Assembly (NCBI RefSeq): GCF_018977255.1
Contig: NW_024704742.1
Coordinates: 52,082,001 to 52,146,000 of the forward strand
Length of the DNA stretch: 64,000 bases
Direction of reading: 5' to 3'
Source of the DNA: Callorhinchus milii
Taxonomy: Eukaryota
Made by a program: the position numbers and the translations under genes. Below are positions 12,002-23,900 of the stretch, piece by piece (position 1 is the stretch's first letter; every line of letters starts with the position of its first letter). A model generated the notes under the pieces. It saw only the letters and a program-made list of their open reading frames with translations. It did not search any database and was not told the DNA's origin.

Positions 12002-14399
12002 TTAACTAATCAAAAACTACATCTTCATTTCATGAAAAAATGCATCTCATGGGTAATTTAACTCCAATATTCACCATCTCCAGTCATTAGTTATAAGAAA
12101 TACTAAGTGCCGACCAGACTGGAATTTTCTTTCAGACAGTCTGATTTCTGTTATTGCTTAGGAATAATATTCTTGCTACATTTGGGGCACGCTGCTTTTG
12201 ATTAACTCTGAGTGCTCCGCATCCTGTTGAAGAACCTGGAGGGGATATGAAGTAACTTTACCTTCTCAACATTGACTTGAAAGTGGCTGTTCCAAGTTTG
12301 GGTATTGTAGGACTGAAAAACAATCCGAACCACCATTTTAATTTGGGGAATGACATATGAGGTATAGATCAACCCACCGCTCTTAACTCTCATATATTAG
12401 TACAGTGAAAATATTCTGTCAGTTTGTTTTGACTGAAGAATGATTTGAAATTTTGACTGGAGAATGATTTAGGGATTTTGATGTCATTACACATAAAGTT
12501 TCTGTTCCAGTTAAACCACATGGCTTAAAGATTGCAAGAACTGCTGAGAAATTCCTACTCTGACCCAAGCAAACACAAGCATGCTGTGTTATGTAGGATT
12601 GGGCATCTGGAAAATAATGGTTTTAGTGGCGATGGAATGCACTGATGTCAGGTTCTGTGGTCAGTGGCAGGTTAAAGTTCATGTCTGTCAGCTCAGGACA
12701 CAGACTCTTTACATTTGCATCTGGATGAATTCAAACTACTACTGTGGATTTCTGGCAAACGATGCAAAGATCAACCATAAACTTTTGATTTTACTGGAAA
12801 TTGGTTCGGTGGGTTGAAGCGAGTTGTGAAATGCTGTGTGTGATTCACATGCCTGCTAAAGGTTAGTACCCTGACAAAATATTGAATGGACAAGTACTGT
12901 GGGGACAATGTAGATTTCAAGTGGTTGATCAAATGAAAACTTTGCTGAAGCTACATACTATAGTTTGAAAAGACTTTGGTTAGACTGGGAAGATTTGGCC
13001 TCGATAAATGTTATGAAAACTACAGGATTATTTTTCCAACCAAACAAAATGTAATGCTTTTTCTGAATGCTTTTAATTTACAACAACTTACATTTATCCA
13101 GCACCCTAGATGTTGCGTACTGATTTACAAAATCATCAAAGCATAAGGATCAAGAAAAATCTGTGTGCATGCAATTCATCACAGTCTGAAGAGCATCCAA
13201 TCACACAGAATGCAATATTTTGCTAGATTATGCTATTTATTATTATTTAGATTTGACAATATGATAGGGATGGTGAAGCAGTGCTGCCCATAAATAAGAG
13301 TGTTTTACATCAAAAAGTTGTTGAAGGATGGTCACTGTTAGATGTCAGTGCTGTAAATAAACCATTAATCATCCTGCCACTCTAGGGAAAGGGGCATCAA
13401 TCCCATAGGACACGAACTTTGCACAGGTCACTAACATAAAACACATCGCCACCAACAGAGTGCATAGCTTATGACTGCTGAATGCAAAAAGTGTTAGAAA
13501 AACATGTGAAACAGACTAAGTGGAAACTGACAAAATAAAGGAAAAAGTCTTTAGAAATAAGAAAAGCCCTTCATTCCTCAAGGAGTTCATTTTGCTTTTG
13601 GCAATACACATAAGAATGTACTTTTACATCTCTTGTTTTATCACCAACTTGAGTTTCCTGCAGATTAACTTGGAACACTTTCAGGGAAGCCTCATCTGGA
13701 AAGCCATGCTGACAATAAAAGTTAAAAAATTATTTGTTTGGCAATTATTTCTGCAGTTATTTCATGCATTTTTAGTTAATTTAATTGATTGATTATTCTA
13801 ATGTTTCTGACCAGTTTGAGACACTAAAAGGAATAACTACCATCAACAAAACACCCAATTCTGAAGCAAGATGTACTCCTATACTAGTATGTACAACTAT
13901 GTCAACAGGCTTATCGAATCACTGTACTCTCCTGAGGTGTATGAAAAATGCACAGCTACGCCAGAATGTAAATTGTTCCAAATCCTGAGATTAACATTTT
14001 CAAAAATGCACTGCCTTCTCATATTTTTTAATTTTCTCTGCAATCTCCTGCCATATCTGCAGGACACATACTGGCCTGGACAGATCAACAATGAGTGTGT
14101 TTTCATCTGTTTAGAAAGACCTGCTACAAACCACTTTGGATTCAGTTTGGGTCAAGAATTGGCCAAGAGGAAAGGTGCAAAGTGTTCAGCTGTGCACGTG
14201 CAGCGTCGATATACCATCTTTGCCTCATGCTTAAGTATCTCTTGTCTCTCAATTTGTAGATTTTTCTATTTCCTAACATCACTGGCTGCCATTACCCTAC
14301 TGAAGGTAGGTGCTATCCTTCTATTCCCAAAGCTGGTGATCCTTGCTGGGGTGTGGTTCCATTAAGTGCCAAAAGCTCTAATGACTTGTTTAAATATTT

Positions 14400-14545
14400 T
14401 GGGGACAAGAGAAATTACAATTAAGCTTGATCTTTCCCTATTTGGCATCCACATTCAAGCACTTAGCGGTAATCATTAGGAGCAAGAACCTTCCCTGATC
14501 TTCCTAGTCCAGGGCCACTGAGACCAATTGCAGTGTTTTACCAGA
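14400..14545 (-). mobile_element. AmnSINE2-like fragment
   Basis: cctagtccagggccactgagaccaattgcagtg matches 23775-23810. Confidence 0.5.
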
Positions 14546-16744
14546 ATTAACCAATATTGCTGCTTGTGTATCGCCACCATTATTGTGCTATAAATGTAAC
14601 TAGCGATTTAATGTCAATGCCTCTGCATGACCATCTTGCATAAGACTTCTTATTCTAAATTGTCCCAAGACTTTCCAGTATCGCATTGAGATAAGGCGTG
14701 TTTAGATTATAGAGTACCCCACCTAGTGGTATGATCAAGAACTGACGAACACACCCAGTAAAGAAGATGGGACCAATGTTTTGAGTCTGTCTGGGTCTCA
14801 ACTTATAAATCATTTCTCTGGGAGTTCAGTGTTTCATTAGGCAGCCCGTGACACTCTAAATTTTCTAATCTTCTTAATAGAGTTTGTTGCCCTTACTCTA
14901 CTCCAAACACTCTAATCCTCATCTGCATATTGACTGCCAGAAAGCTTTGTACCACATTTTAGATGATGCTTTTATTCGACAGGAACAAGATAATCTTTTA
15001 CAAGAGCATTTCTAGAAACAAAATGTTGTGTAGTTTTTGTCATATATGTTGCGTGATGCAAAATAGATGTATTTATATTTACTGAAAGAAAAGTCTGCCA
15101 AACAAAACTTTGCTGTTATCCCTTTAAATCTGCCACATGTTTGGGGGGGAAAAGAAGTAACATTTTGTTAAGCAGAGGAATAGAACTATGGTAATGATAA
15201 TCATAATAATACTAATTATCACAGGCTCCATCCCCTTTAAGCCTGTTTTCTATTTAAATATAGTATCAGGAATGTATAAGAAACCGTTTTTGGTCCTAAT
15301 TGTTCTTTGTGACTTCCAATTCATGGAAGGTTTGTCTGAGTTTGTCTTCACCTTGAAAACAATAGAGGCATTGGAGTGGACAGTAAGCCACAGTGACCGC
15401 TCAGAAGGCACCCTGGCTATAGCTCTATTGTTTCATTACCCGAGGAGAACACTAGGGACTTTGATATGAGCCCAAACTGCAAGGAGGTGCACAGAGCCCA
15501 GCAGACTGTCCGTCTGACTGTCTGGCTCCCTGTGGAGAAGAGCCCGACCTCTGCCCACTATCTCCCCATGATACAAACGTTAACATCGGGATTTCAACAT
15601 GTGGTGAACACAGGGTGAACATTCTGTTGAAAACTGCTGGCCGGATCGCTGTTTCATTCTGAATTCAATAAAACTCATGCCAAATTGTTCATTTAGACAT
15701 TAGGTGAAATGGAAGTGTGTCTGTGTGATACCTGTTTCTATATAGAATATGTTTTTGTTGTTGGCAGACGAACATTCATTTAACCCACAAATGTATAGCT
15801 TTCCTGAATCTTGGATTGAAAATCTTAAACTGAGATTTCCTTTCTCCTGAACTGGGAAGTGAGCAGACCAGATGGGGTTTGTATTTGGCTCCGTTCAGAG
15901 CCAATAGACTCCACCCCCCAATGAGACTGAACCTCCATTCTGGCTGCTAACTCTGTTTTGAAATACCTTCACAACTCTAAAACCACACTAGACAACAGCT
16001 ACAGAAAATTTAATAGAGCTGATATCATCAGACCCTCCAGGGACTCAGTTTAACATACAAGTCTCTGATCTCAAAGCTCTCAGATCACACTCAAGGCTTC
16101 ACTGTTAGGATGTGCAAGACTCCTGCCAGAGACGCTGAAGGATTTCTTCCTGGGATGTACAGGTCTCTCCATTGCTAACAATGTCTCCATGGGAAGTAGC
16201 CTTTTGCAGTCTGTCAGACAACACTACAATAATTGAGACAACCGTCTCCAGTGCCTGAGTTTGATCTCCATGTCCTATCGGTCCCATGTCCCTGTGGGAC
16301 TGCCTTTACTGATAGGATGGTCTTGGTGTGTCAAGCTAGGAAGTAGGGTCCATACGTTTTGTGTCAGAGGTGTTTGTCTCAGTGACTGGCCTGTCATCTG
16401 AGACGCAATTTAAACTATTGATTGGTTATAAAGTCCTACAGACTGGAAGGTGCCAGAATGACATTTTCTCTGCAGCAGTTGGTTGCTTATAGTCATCCCA
16501 GGAATGTCAGCACTATAATGAAACCCATAAGGTTTTAAAAACAACAGCCATAAGTTTTCCTCAGGCAGAAAGAAAAACTGCAATCGTTCATCTATTTTCT
16601 TAGAATAAGTTTGACTTTAAAAGTGATCGTAAGATTAAAAAAAATCCCATCAGTGTCAATGCTGACAGCGTTGATTAACCAACAGAGTGTGTATAATGTG
16701 CTAATCAATTGTTTGTAGATATCAGTCTGACTGTGGAATTTTCG

Positions 16745-17058
16745 CCTCTGAGTCAAAGGGTTGTTGATTCAGGACATACCTCAGGATTTTGAGCTCTTTA
16801 GTCCAGACTGACATTCCAATGAAGTGCTGGGGGAATATTCCATTATCAGAGGTGTTGTTCTTCAGATGAGACATTAAATCAAGTTACCTCTACCTGTTCA
16901 GGTGGAATTTAAAGATCTCATGGCATTATTCGAAAAGAGTTTCACCCACACAATACGCAGTTAATCCACTTTACAGTATAGATCCTTTGAAGCACTTTGA
17001 GACATCTCAACAATGTGAGAAGGTGTTATATTAAATGCAAGGACTATTATTGTTATTA
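16745..17058 (+). mobile_element. Long Deu-domain SINE with internal deletion
   Basis: cctctgagtcaaagggttg, cagatgagacattaaa and tail gcaaggactattattgtt. Confidence 0.8.
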
Positions 17059-17474
17059 AAGGAGTTACTCCAAGTGTAAAATTGATCATTAATCCTGGCC
17101 GTCTTTAGCTATGTCCCTCCAGAATCATCGTATCACTGAAGTATTTGTTCATTTCGGTCTTCACCTTTCTCTGAATCCTCCAATATGGTTTCCAACACCA
17201 TTATTATCCAGTTATTTTTTAAAGGTTAATTTAAAAGGGAGTGAGGATCTGGTCCATCCATCTCACTAAAAGGGAGTAAATGATTTTCTAATTTCATGAG
17301 GTTCTATCATTTAAATTTCTTCTCTGCTCACAGTCTCTAAATCAAATAATCAGCTCATATTTACATCAGCTCTGTGTCAGTATCTGCATGAGCTGGATCA
17401 CAACTGCATATATAATGTACTTATATAAGTGTCAGCAATGATCACACATCTGGCTGTATCATTGCTAGGATCCA

Positions 17475-17760
17475 AGAGGATTTGCTGAGCGCTGACTTTT
17501 CACCTCTGAGATTCAGGTCTGAATCCAGTGCAGGGTGATTTGCCTGTTGACTGCAAGGGTCCCAAGGTGAAATGATTTCTAAGACCAGATCTGATAGGCA
17601 AGGACTCATAAACCTGCCTCTGATTTGATATAGAATTGGCAATCTCATTCAGAGGTGTTGGAGAATGCCGAGAGTGGGAAATGAAAAAGTCATTCAGGTC
17701 CAGTGAGGTGATGCTTTTGTAAGCTGGGACTAAGGCATTCTGTTGGGGGCACATTAAGGT
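17475..17760 (+). mobile_element. LF-SINE-like relic
   Basis: Ordered blocks ttttcacctctgagattcaggtctgaatccag, ctgcaagggtcccaaggtgaaatga and ttggcaatctca match my recalled LF-SINE consensus. Confidence 0.55.
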
Positions 17761-18899
17761 TTCGATCTGCACTACATCTTATCCATGCCAACCCCGACTT
17801 GGTATAAAGCAAGACATTACCATGAAGGACGCTATATAAATGCACATTTTTTGTACTTATATGAATGGTGCAAGTTTGTTCTTCGTAATTATTGGGTGGA
17901 CAATGGATGTCTGGAAATATTCATTTTCCGAAAACTATCATTATTGAGCACAGAAATTTGTGGAGAAAAGAGTTCATAGGATCAGAAAATGTTACAATAC
18001 AGAAACTCAGCACATCAAGTATGCACTGGTGTTTTGCTCCATCTGAGACAACCTAACTTAATCCTAATCTTTTGCGTACTCCCCATACCCTTTAATTTTC
18101 CTCCTTCACAAGCATATATTTCCTTTTTTAAAAGAATTTATGAACTCTGCCTCAGCAACAGATACAATTTTAATCCAAGATTAATTCCCAGCAGTAGAGG
18201 GAAATGGACTACGGGGAAAGTTGTAAGACGACTGGCAGAAAATCAATTATTACACACTGGGAACGAAATCCAGGAAAATAAATACTTATTCTACTAGGAA
18301 AACAATGTAACATTTACATGTGTTTTTTAGTTTTATTATGGTAAATGGCTCATTGGTGGACTCCCTTGAAATTAATTTTTAAAAAGTGTTTAACCTTTTG
18401 ACTGCCAATAGTTCAAAACTCCTACCACACTTTGTTCAAGGTCCATATCAAAATTTACTTATTTTTGGCCGTCCTTCCCCTCCCCACCCCCCATTAGCAG
18501 CCATCTTTAGCTCGGGTGCCCAGACAGTATTGTCAAGCACTTTGGGATGTCCACCAATGTGAAGAATGCTATATAAATGTAAATTTGTGTTATATTGTAT
18601 TGTACCTGTGTCTCTGATTACTTTTTATATTTTCAGCTTGTGAGCTGTGATGCTAAACTTTCCTGTTCATTATTATTACAGGAACAAATAACAGATAAAC
18701 TTTAGTCTGATAATATTAACCCTAGGCGACTGGACTAAACACGAAATTATGGTTTAAATTAAAAACATTTTTATAACACCACCTTTTGCTTGCTACTTCA
18801 ATGCCAATTTTCTCTTGTTTTTCTCCCCTTGCCGTCTAAAGGTAGTGAGTGATGAAGTAAAGTTCCACAGGTACAGGCTGCTCTCAGTGTTTTTCCAAG

Positions 18900-19030
18900 A
18901 GATGTGTTGTATATGAACCCAGAGAGTGGGCAAGCTATTCAGCTGCAGGGACATTACAGCTGAGCCGGATCCTCCCTCATCTGGCATCCACACTCATGCA
19001 CTTTCCAGTGAAGTCATTGTAGAGATTTCC
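18900..19030 (-). mobile_element. AmnSINE2-like fragment
   Basis: catccacactcatgcactttccag is the reverse complement of the ctggaaagtgc.c.tgtgtgga motif. Confidence 0.55.
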
Positions 19031-19094
19031 TGCTTTTAAGTAAATTGTCTGGGATAAGTGCCAGGTTGGAAATGTGGTAATAACAACTTGGATT

Positions 19095-19260
19095 CACACA
19101 CGATTGGTAAATATTAAATCCCGATGGTAAGTGGATATGCATCACGCTGACCCTCAGGAACTCCACTCAATGCTAGTTACAGTCAAGTCGGAGCAACTCC
19201 CGTGGGTCAATGTGACACACGTCTAGTTACCAGCATGATTTAATATGTACAAATTTTGTG
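19095..19260. repeat. Degenerate ~165 bp palindrome (old MITE-like hairpin)
   Basis: atattaaatcccgatggtaa..tcacgctgaccc pairs with gggtcaatgtga..ttaccagcatgatttaatat. Confidence 0.8.
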
Positions 19261-19289
19261 CCAGTCACAATATATCAAAAGAGAGTTCT

Positions 19290-19570
19290 GGTAAAGAAGA
19301 TCTTTCAGCCCAAAGTGGTAAGATGATTGGCAGCAAATCAATCCCATAGTGTAATGGTTCCTACTGTCTTCCTTCCTACTGTCCTATAGTCTCAAGCAGT
19401 TTCTTAAATAAATCTGGTGTCCTGGCCTCAACCAGCCTTCTTGGTAAACTGATCCAGTCTTTAATGACCTTTTGTGTAAAGAAATACTTCCTGGTGTTTG
19501 TCTTGAAACTGCTCTTGGAAACCTGAACCTGTGCTCTCTTGCTCTTGTGCCTTGAATCCAAACCGCCACA
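19290..19570 (-). mobile_element. CR1 LINE 3' fragment
   Basis: FKTNTRKYFFTQKVIKDWISLP...FKKLL translation. Confidence 0.8.
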
Positions 19571-20720
19571 CTACGTTTTAGATCCTGTTGTGAATTATGC
19601 GCTGTTTGCTAGCTGTAGCCAAATAGTCACCAGCTGAGCTGGTGGAATTTTCCCATGGGATGACCGCTCATGCTGCTCCCGGACTACGCCATGGTAACTT
19701 TTGGTTTTCTGTCATGACACAACTTAACTAGATTCCTGAAAAAAAAGAGACAGGAATAAAGGGACAAAGAATAGGAGTAGGGAAGACAAGATAGAGTGAG
19801 AAGCTGTAATTTAAAACAAAGAAGTTAAGAATAAGATTATATAAAGCTAGGGCTTGCCTGAGATACTTGCACAGGCGTCCAATATTATTTTACTGATTAA
19901 ACACAAAAATTTGGGTTCAGGATTTTTTTGGAACTGTATTTGTTCCCATTGGATTTCACCCAATTTCTTGACCTAAATTCGGGGGTGTACATTTATATAA
20001 CACTTAAAAATTGCATTCCCAATTCATTAACTTTTCTATGCCAGTGTATGTTATTCCAGCCAACCCCTAAACAGCAGTAAATGGGCATTCTAAGCCTTGA
20101 GCGTCTAAACAGCCCTGATCTGGAATTAAATCCTTCACAGCTTATGTTTGGCAATCTATTGGCTTGCATGAGCTTCACACTGTTAGTAATTGATATTGAT
20201 TTGATCTGCAGTGTTTAATTTTACTCATTGAGGGATTCTTTGCTATCTTACTGTTTTTGGGATCAGTGCACCGTAAGCACACAGTTCACTGCCGGGGGTC
20301 TTCCAAACAGCTGCAGCTGTCTGAATGAAGTGAGAGACCACCAAATGTCATCACAGCGGTTAACTTGGTTCATGGTCAGAGCTAAGGGGGGGAGGAAGAG
20401 CACTTTCATCCTTGTCATGGTTGGAGAGTTGGCAGTAAAGTTGGAAAAATGTGAAGCCTGTTTTGAGAACAGATTATTTAGCCTTTTGATGTTGTGCGAC
20501 TCAAGTAGGGGGGAAAACGTGGAAATCCTGCCTTTGCACTGGTAATGCTACATTTGTAGAATATCAATAGTATGTGAGAAACCCGAGGCCTGAAACTTTT
20601 ACAGTTGTAGACTAATACCATTATTTTGAAATTGAAGATTGAAAGAATTTTGGAAAATTCTACAATTCTGTCTTAATCTGCTTTTTGAAGTCCTGTACCA
20701 TAGTAGTTAGTATTGTAGTT

Positions 20721-21580
20721 GGAGTCCCATAATGTAGTGGTTAGCGTGTTCACCTCACAAGGGAGAGGACCTGGGTTTGATTCCGATGGTGGGGGCTGTA
20801 TGGGGCGAAACCTTACGCAAGATTCTTTACTCCACTGTTTACCGAGCAGTAAGTAGGAACCTGTTTGTTAGTCGATAATGCAAGGATTATTGTTATTATT
20901 ATTATAGGTTACTAGAGGTAATAATCCCTCAGAAAAACATTTTTGGCACTCAATCCATGACTATTTGTGGGACACTGTTGTGTGCATGCTTCACCCATAA
21001 AATATACTGTTTAAAACAACAACAACATTACATTTGTAAAGCGCCTTTCACATCGGGAGGACATCCCAAGGTGCTGGACAGTCAGTGTTTCGGACCTGAG
21101 CTGAGGGTCGGGATTGGGGAGGGTGGAGGGCAGAGTGCAAGCTGGGTGATCAAAAACACGATTGAAGAGGAGGGTCTTGAGATGGGTTTTGAAGGAGGCA
21201 AGGGAGGGACTATGGGATGGAGGTCCAGAGAGTAGGGGCAGAGTGGCAGAAGACCAGCCCGCTAAAAGGTGAGCGGAGGGAGTGGACAGGATGGTGGGGT
21301 GTTAGGAGGTCACAGAGGTAGGGGGGATCAAGGCCATGGAGGGCTTTGAAGGTGAGGATCAGGATCTTGAACTGTATCCTCTGAGTGATGGGAAGCCAGT
21401 GGAGTCAGGCGAGGATGGGGGTGATAGGGTAACGGAGCCTGGTGCAGGAGAGGACACGGGCTGCAGAATTCTGGATGAAGTTCTGTTTACTTTGGGAGAT
21501 TTACAATATATTCTGTGAAACACTTTGAGACGTCTCATGATGTGATAAGGTGCTATATCAAATGCACGGATTATTATAAT
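20721..21580 (+). mobile_element. Short tRNA SINE variant, split by L2
   Basis: Head ggagtcccataatgtagtggttagc...ctgggtttgattcc and Deu core near 20960. The tail resumes at about 21500. Confidence 0.75.
21015..21480 (-). mobile_element. L2 3' fragment
   Basis: (CAA)n tail plus gcgcctttcacatcgggaggacatcccaagg; colinear with 50054-50560. Confidence 0.85.
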
Positions 21581-22499
21581 TTATTATATTGTGAATTTCA
21601 AGTCAATTTCAGTTCTTTTTAACATTGGAACTATTTTGACAGTTTTTTAAAAAAAGGAAACCATTTTTCTGCAGTTCTTCTTAAGAAACGTGAAAAATAA
21701 CTGCAAAAAAGGTTTTGTATAAAATCTAAAATCCATATTTCTACACTGTCTTAAATTTTAGAGAAAAACCATGATGATCTTCAGGCCACTGACTTTCATA
21801 TGCAATTTACAAGAGCCATGTTGGCAGTGTTTCTAAATGGCACTGTCAGTACATATGGAAAGAGCAGAAGGAAACTATATCATCATCCTGGAATCCAGTT
21901 CTCCCAGTTATTTCAAGACACGGCATTCAGAGTAACGCAAAAAAAATTCAATGCAATTGCTCTGTGAATATAATTTTCTTTAATTTAAAACCGCATGGCT
22001 TTAGGGAAAACAATCGGCTTGTTAATTTCAGGTCAATTCCAAACGTAACAGTTCAAACTGGCTTGTAATCTTAGTGTGCGTGGGCTGACTTGGAAACAAC
22101 CATCAGGAAAATGGTTTGTTAAGTAGCACAGAATGGAAAGAATCTTAAGGGAATGAGAAGACATCCAACATGTTGGAGTACCAATGTATGGCACCATATA
22201 TTGCACAGTTCTGCTGTGGGGTATAGACTTCAGGTGGAGTCCTTAATGAAAGAGAAGAATAACCCTAGTAGTGCTTGGCAAAGAGTATCAGTGGAGACCT
22301 TTATTTTGGTCAGATGCTTCTCTAAGACATGGAGAAATTCATCACAAACTTAAGAATATCCAAACCCGACTGATTGCCACCTACACATGGAAATTTCCTT
22401 GTGTCTGGAATGGAATGCACACTCTTTTCCTGGAGAAACACACCTAGTAATAGGCACAGTTTGGCGAGAGCCAAGGCATGGGGACCCCAGATTTTGTTT

Positions 22500-22624
22500 T
22501 ACATTAGAATACATTAGAATATAGAGCACAGAAACAGGCCATTTGGCCCAGCTGGACTATGGTAGTGTTTATGCTCCAAATGAGCCTCCTCCTGTCCTTC
22601 CTCAACTAAGCCTTCAAGCATAAA
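22500..22624 (-). mobile_element. CR1-type 3' tail
   Basis: Repeated acattagaat followed by gcacagaaacaggccatttggccc. Confidence 0.7.
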
Positions 22625-23268
22625 CTTCCCCCACCTCCGCAACATTGCCCGGCTCCAACATTGTCTTACACCGCAGGCCGCTGAAACCCTCATACATGCT
22701 TTTATTACATTGAGGCTCGACTATGCAAACTCATTGCTTGTCGGCCTCCCCAACTCCTCCCTCCACATGGTGCAGATCATCCAGAACTCTGCAGCCCATG
22801 TCCTCTTCCGCACTAGGCTCCGTGACCCTATCAACTCTATCCTTGCCCAACTCACTGGCTTCCCATCACACAGAGGATACAAGATCCTGGTCCTCACCTT
22901 CAAAGCCTCCACTATCTTGCTCCCCCCTATCTCTGCGACCTCCTAATCCCCTACTATTCTGTTCGCTCCCTCCGCTCAGCGGGCTCCGGCCTGCTTCATG
23001 TCCCCTGCCTCGCTCACCCCACTATTCTGCCGCTCTGCCCCAACCTCTGGAAATCCATCTCATGGTCCCTCCGCCTCACCCTCTCCCTTGCCACCTTCAA
23101 GACCTATCTCAAGACCCTTCTCTTCAACCATGCTTTCAATCTTCCTGCTTCCACCCCTGCCCTCAACCCTCCCCGACCCCCAGCTCGGGTCCATAACTCT
23201 GTCTGTCCTTCACCTTGGGACGTCCTCCCAACATGAAAGATGCTTTACAAATGTAATGTTGTTGTTGT
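22625..23268 (+). mobile_element. L2 3' fragment
   Basis: RLDYANSLLVGLPNSSLH..QIIQNSAA motif; (TTG)n tail. Confidence 0.9.
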
Positions 23269-23419
23269 ATGGGGGTTTTGGGGGTACTATTGTTGTTTTG
23301 GGGGCACTAGCCTTTTGGGGGTACTACTGTTGTTTAACCAGCAAAACTGCAGAGCTTGCCATTGAAACTGGATACACCGTAAAGAGCACAATGTTATGAA
23401 TACAGTGGTACATCAATAC

Positions 23420-23620
23420 AACAATATAATAATAATAATCCCTCCAAAAAAGTCACTAAATCCATGACTGTTTGTGGGGCACTGCTGTGTGCAATTGGCT
23501 GCTGCGTTTCGCCCACAAAATACACGTCAATCCACTTTACAATATAGTCTGCGAAGCTTTTTGAGCTGTCTCAGTGACATCATAAGGTGCTATTCAAATG
23601 CAAGGTGTATTATTATTATT
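23420..23620 (+). mobile_element. Short SINE 3' half
   Basis: gactgtttgtggggcactgctgtgtgcaattggctgctgcgtttcgcccacaa and a (TTA)n tail. Confidence 0.85.
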
Positions 23621-23629
23621 CTTTACTGG

Positions 23630-23900
23630 GATTATGTGAACATTTTTCTTGTGTGAGACTAGATAGTGAGGGTCAGCGGACTATTTGACCAGAGGGAAGC
23701 CTCACATCAGATACTGTTCTGACCCGATGTCCACGCACATTCCCAGAGTGGAAACCATGTCTGACCTTTCCCCTCCCTAGCCAAGGGACTGTGAGGCCAA
23801 TTGTAGTGCTGCTCCAGCTGAGATCAGCTAATTTGACACAGACTGGGAATCGAACCTGCGACCTTGTAGTCCATACTACACCAGGTGGTGGTTGTGCCCA
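23630..23900 (-). mobile_element. AmnSINE2-like SINE
   Basis: ttcccctccctagcc...gaggccaattgtagtgc...gctgagatcagctaa...gggaatcgaacctg. Confidence 0.7.

Larger units (their letters stand above)
22350..23372 (-). mobile_element. Family X copy interrupted by a CR1 tail and L2
   Basis: 22350-22495 and about 23270-23372 match adjacent parts of the reverse complement of 55620-55880. Confidence 0.65.

Noticed and set aside
13871..14365. 164 aa ORF
   Set aside because: No recognisable domain; the composition is typical of a chance ORF in AT-rich DNA.
16105..16287. Possible CR1 ORF1 remnant or exon
   Set aside because: The resemblance is too weak to support by eye.
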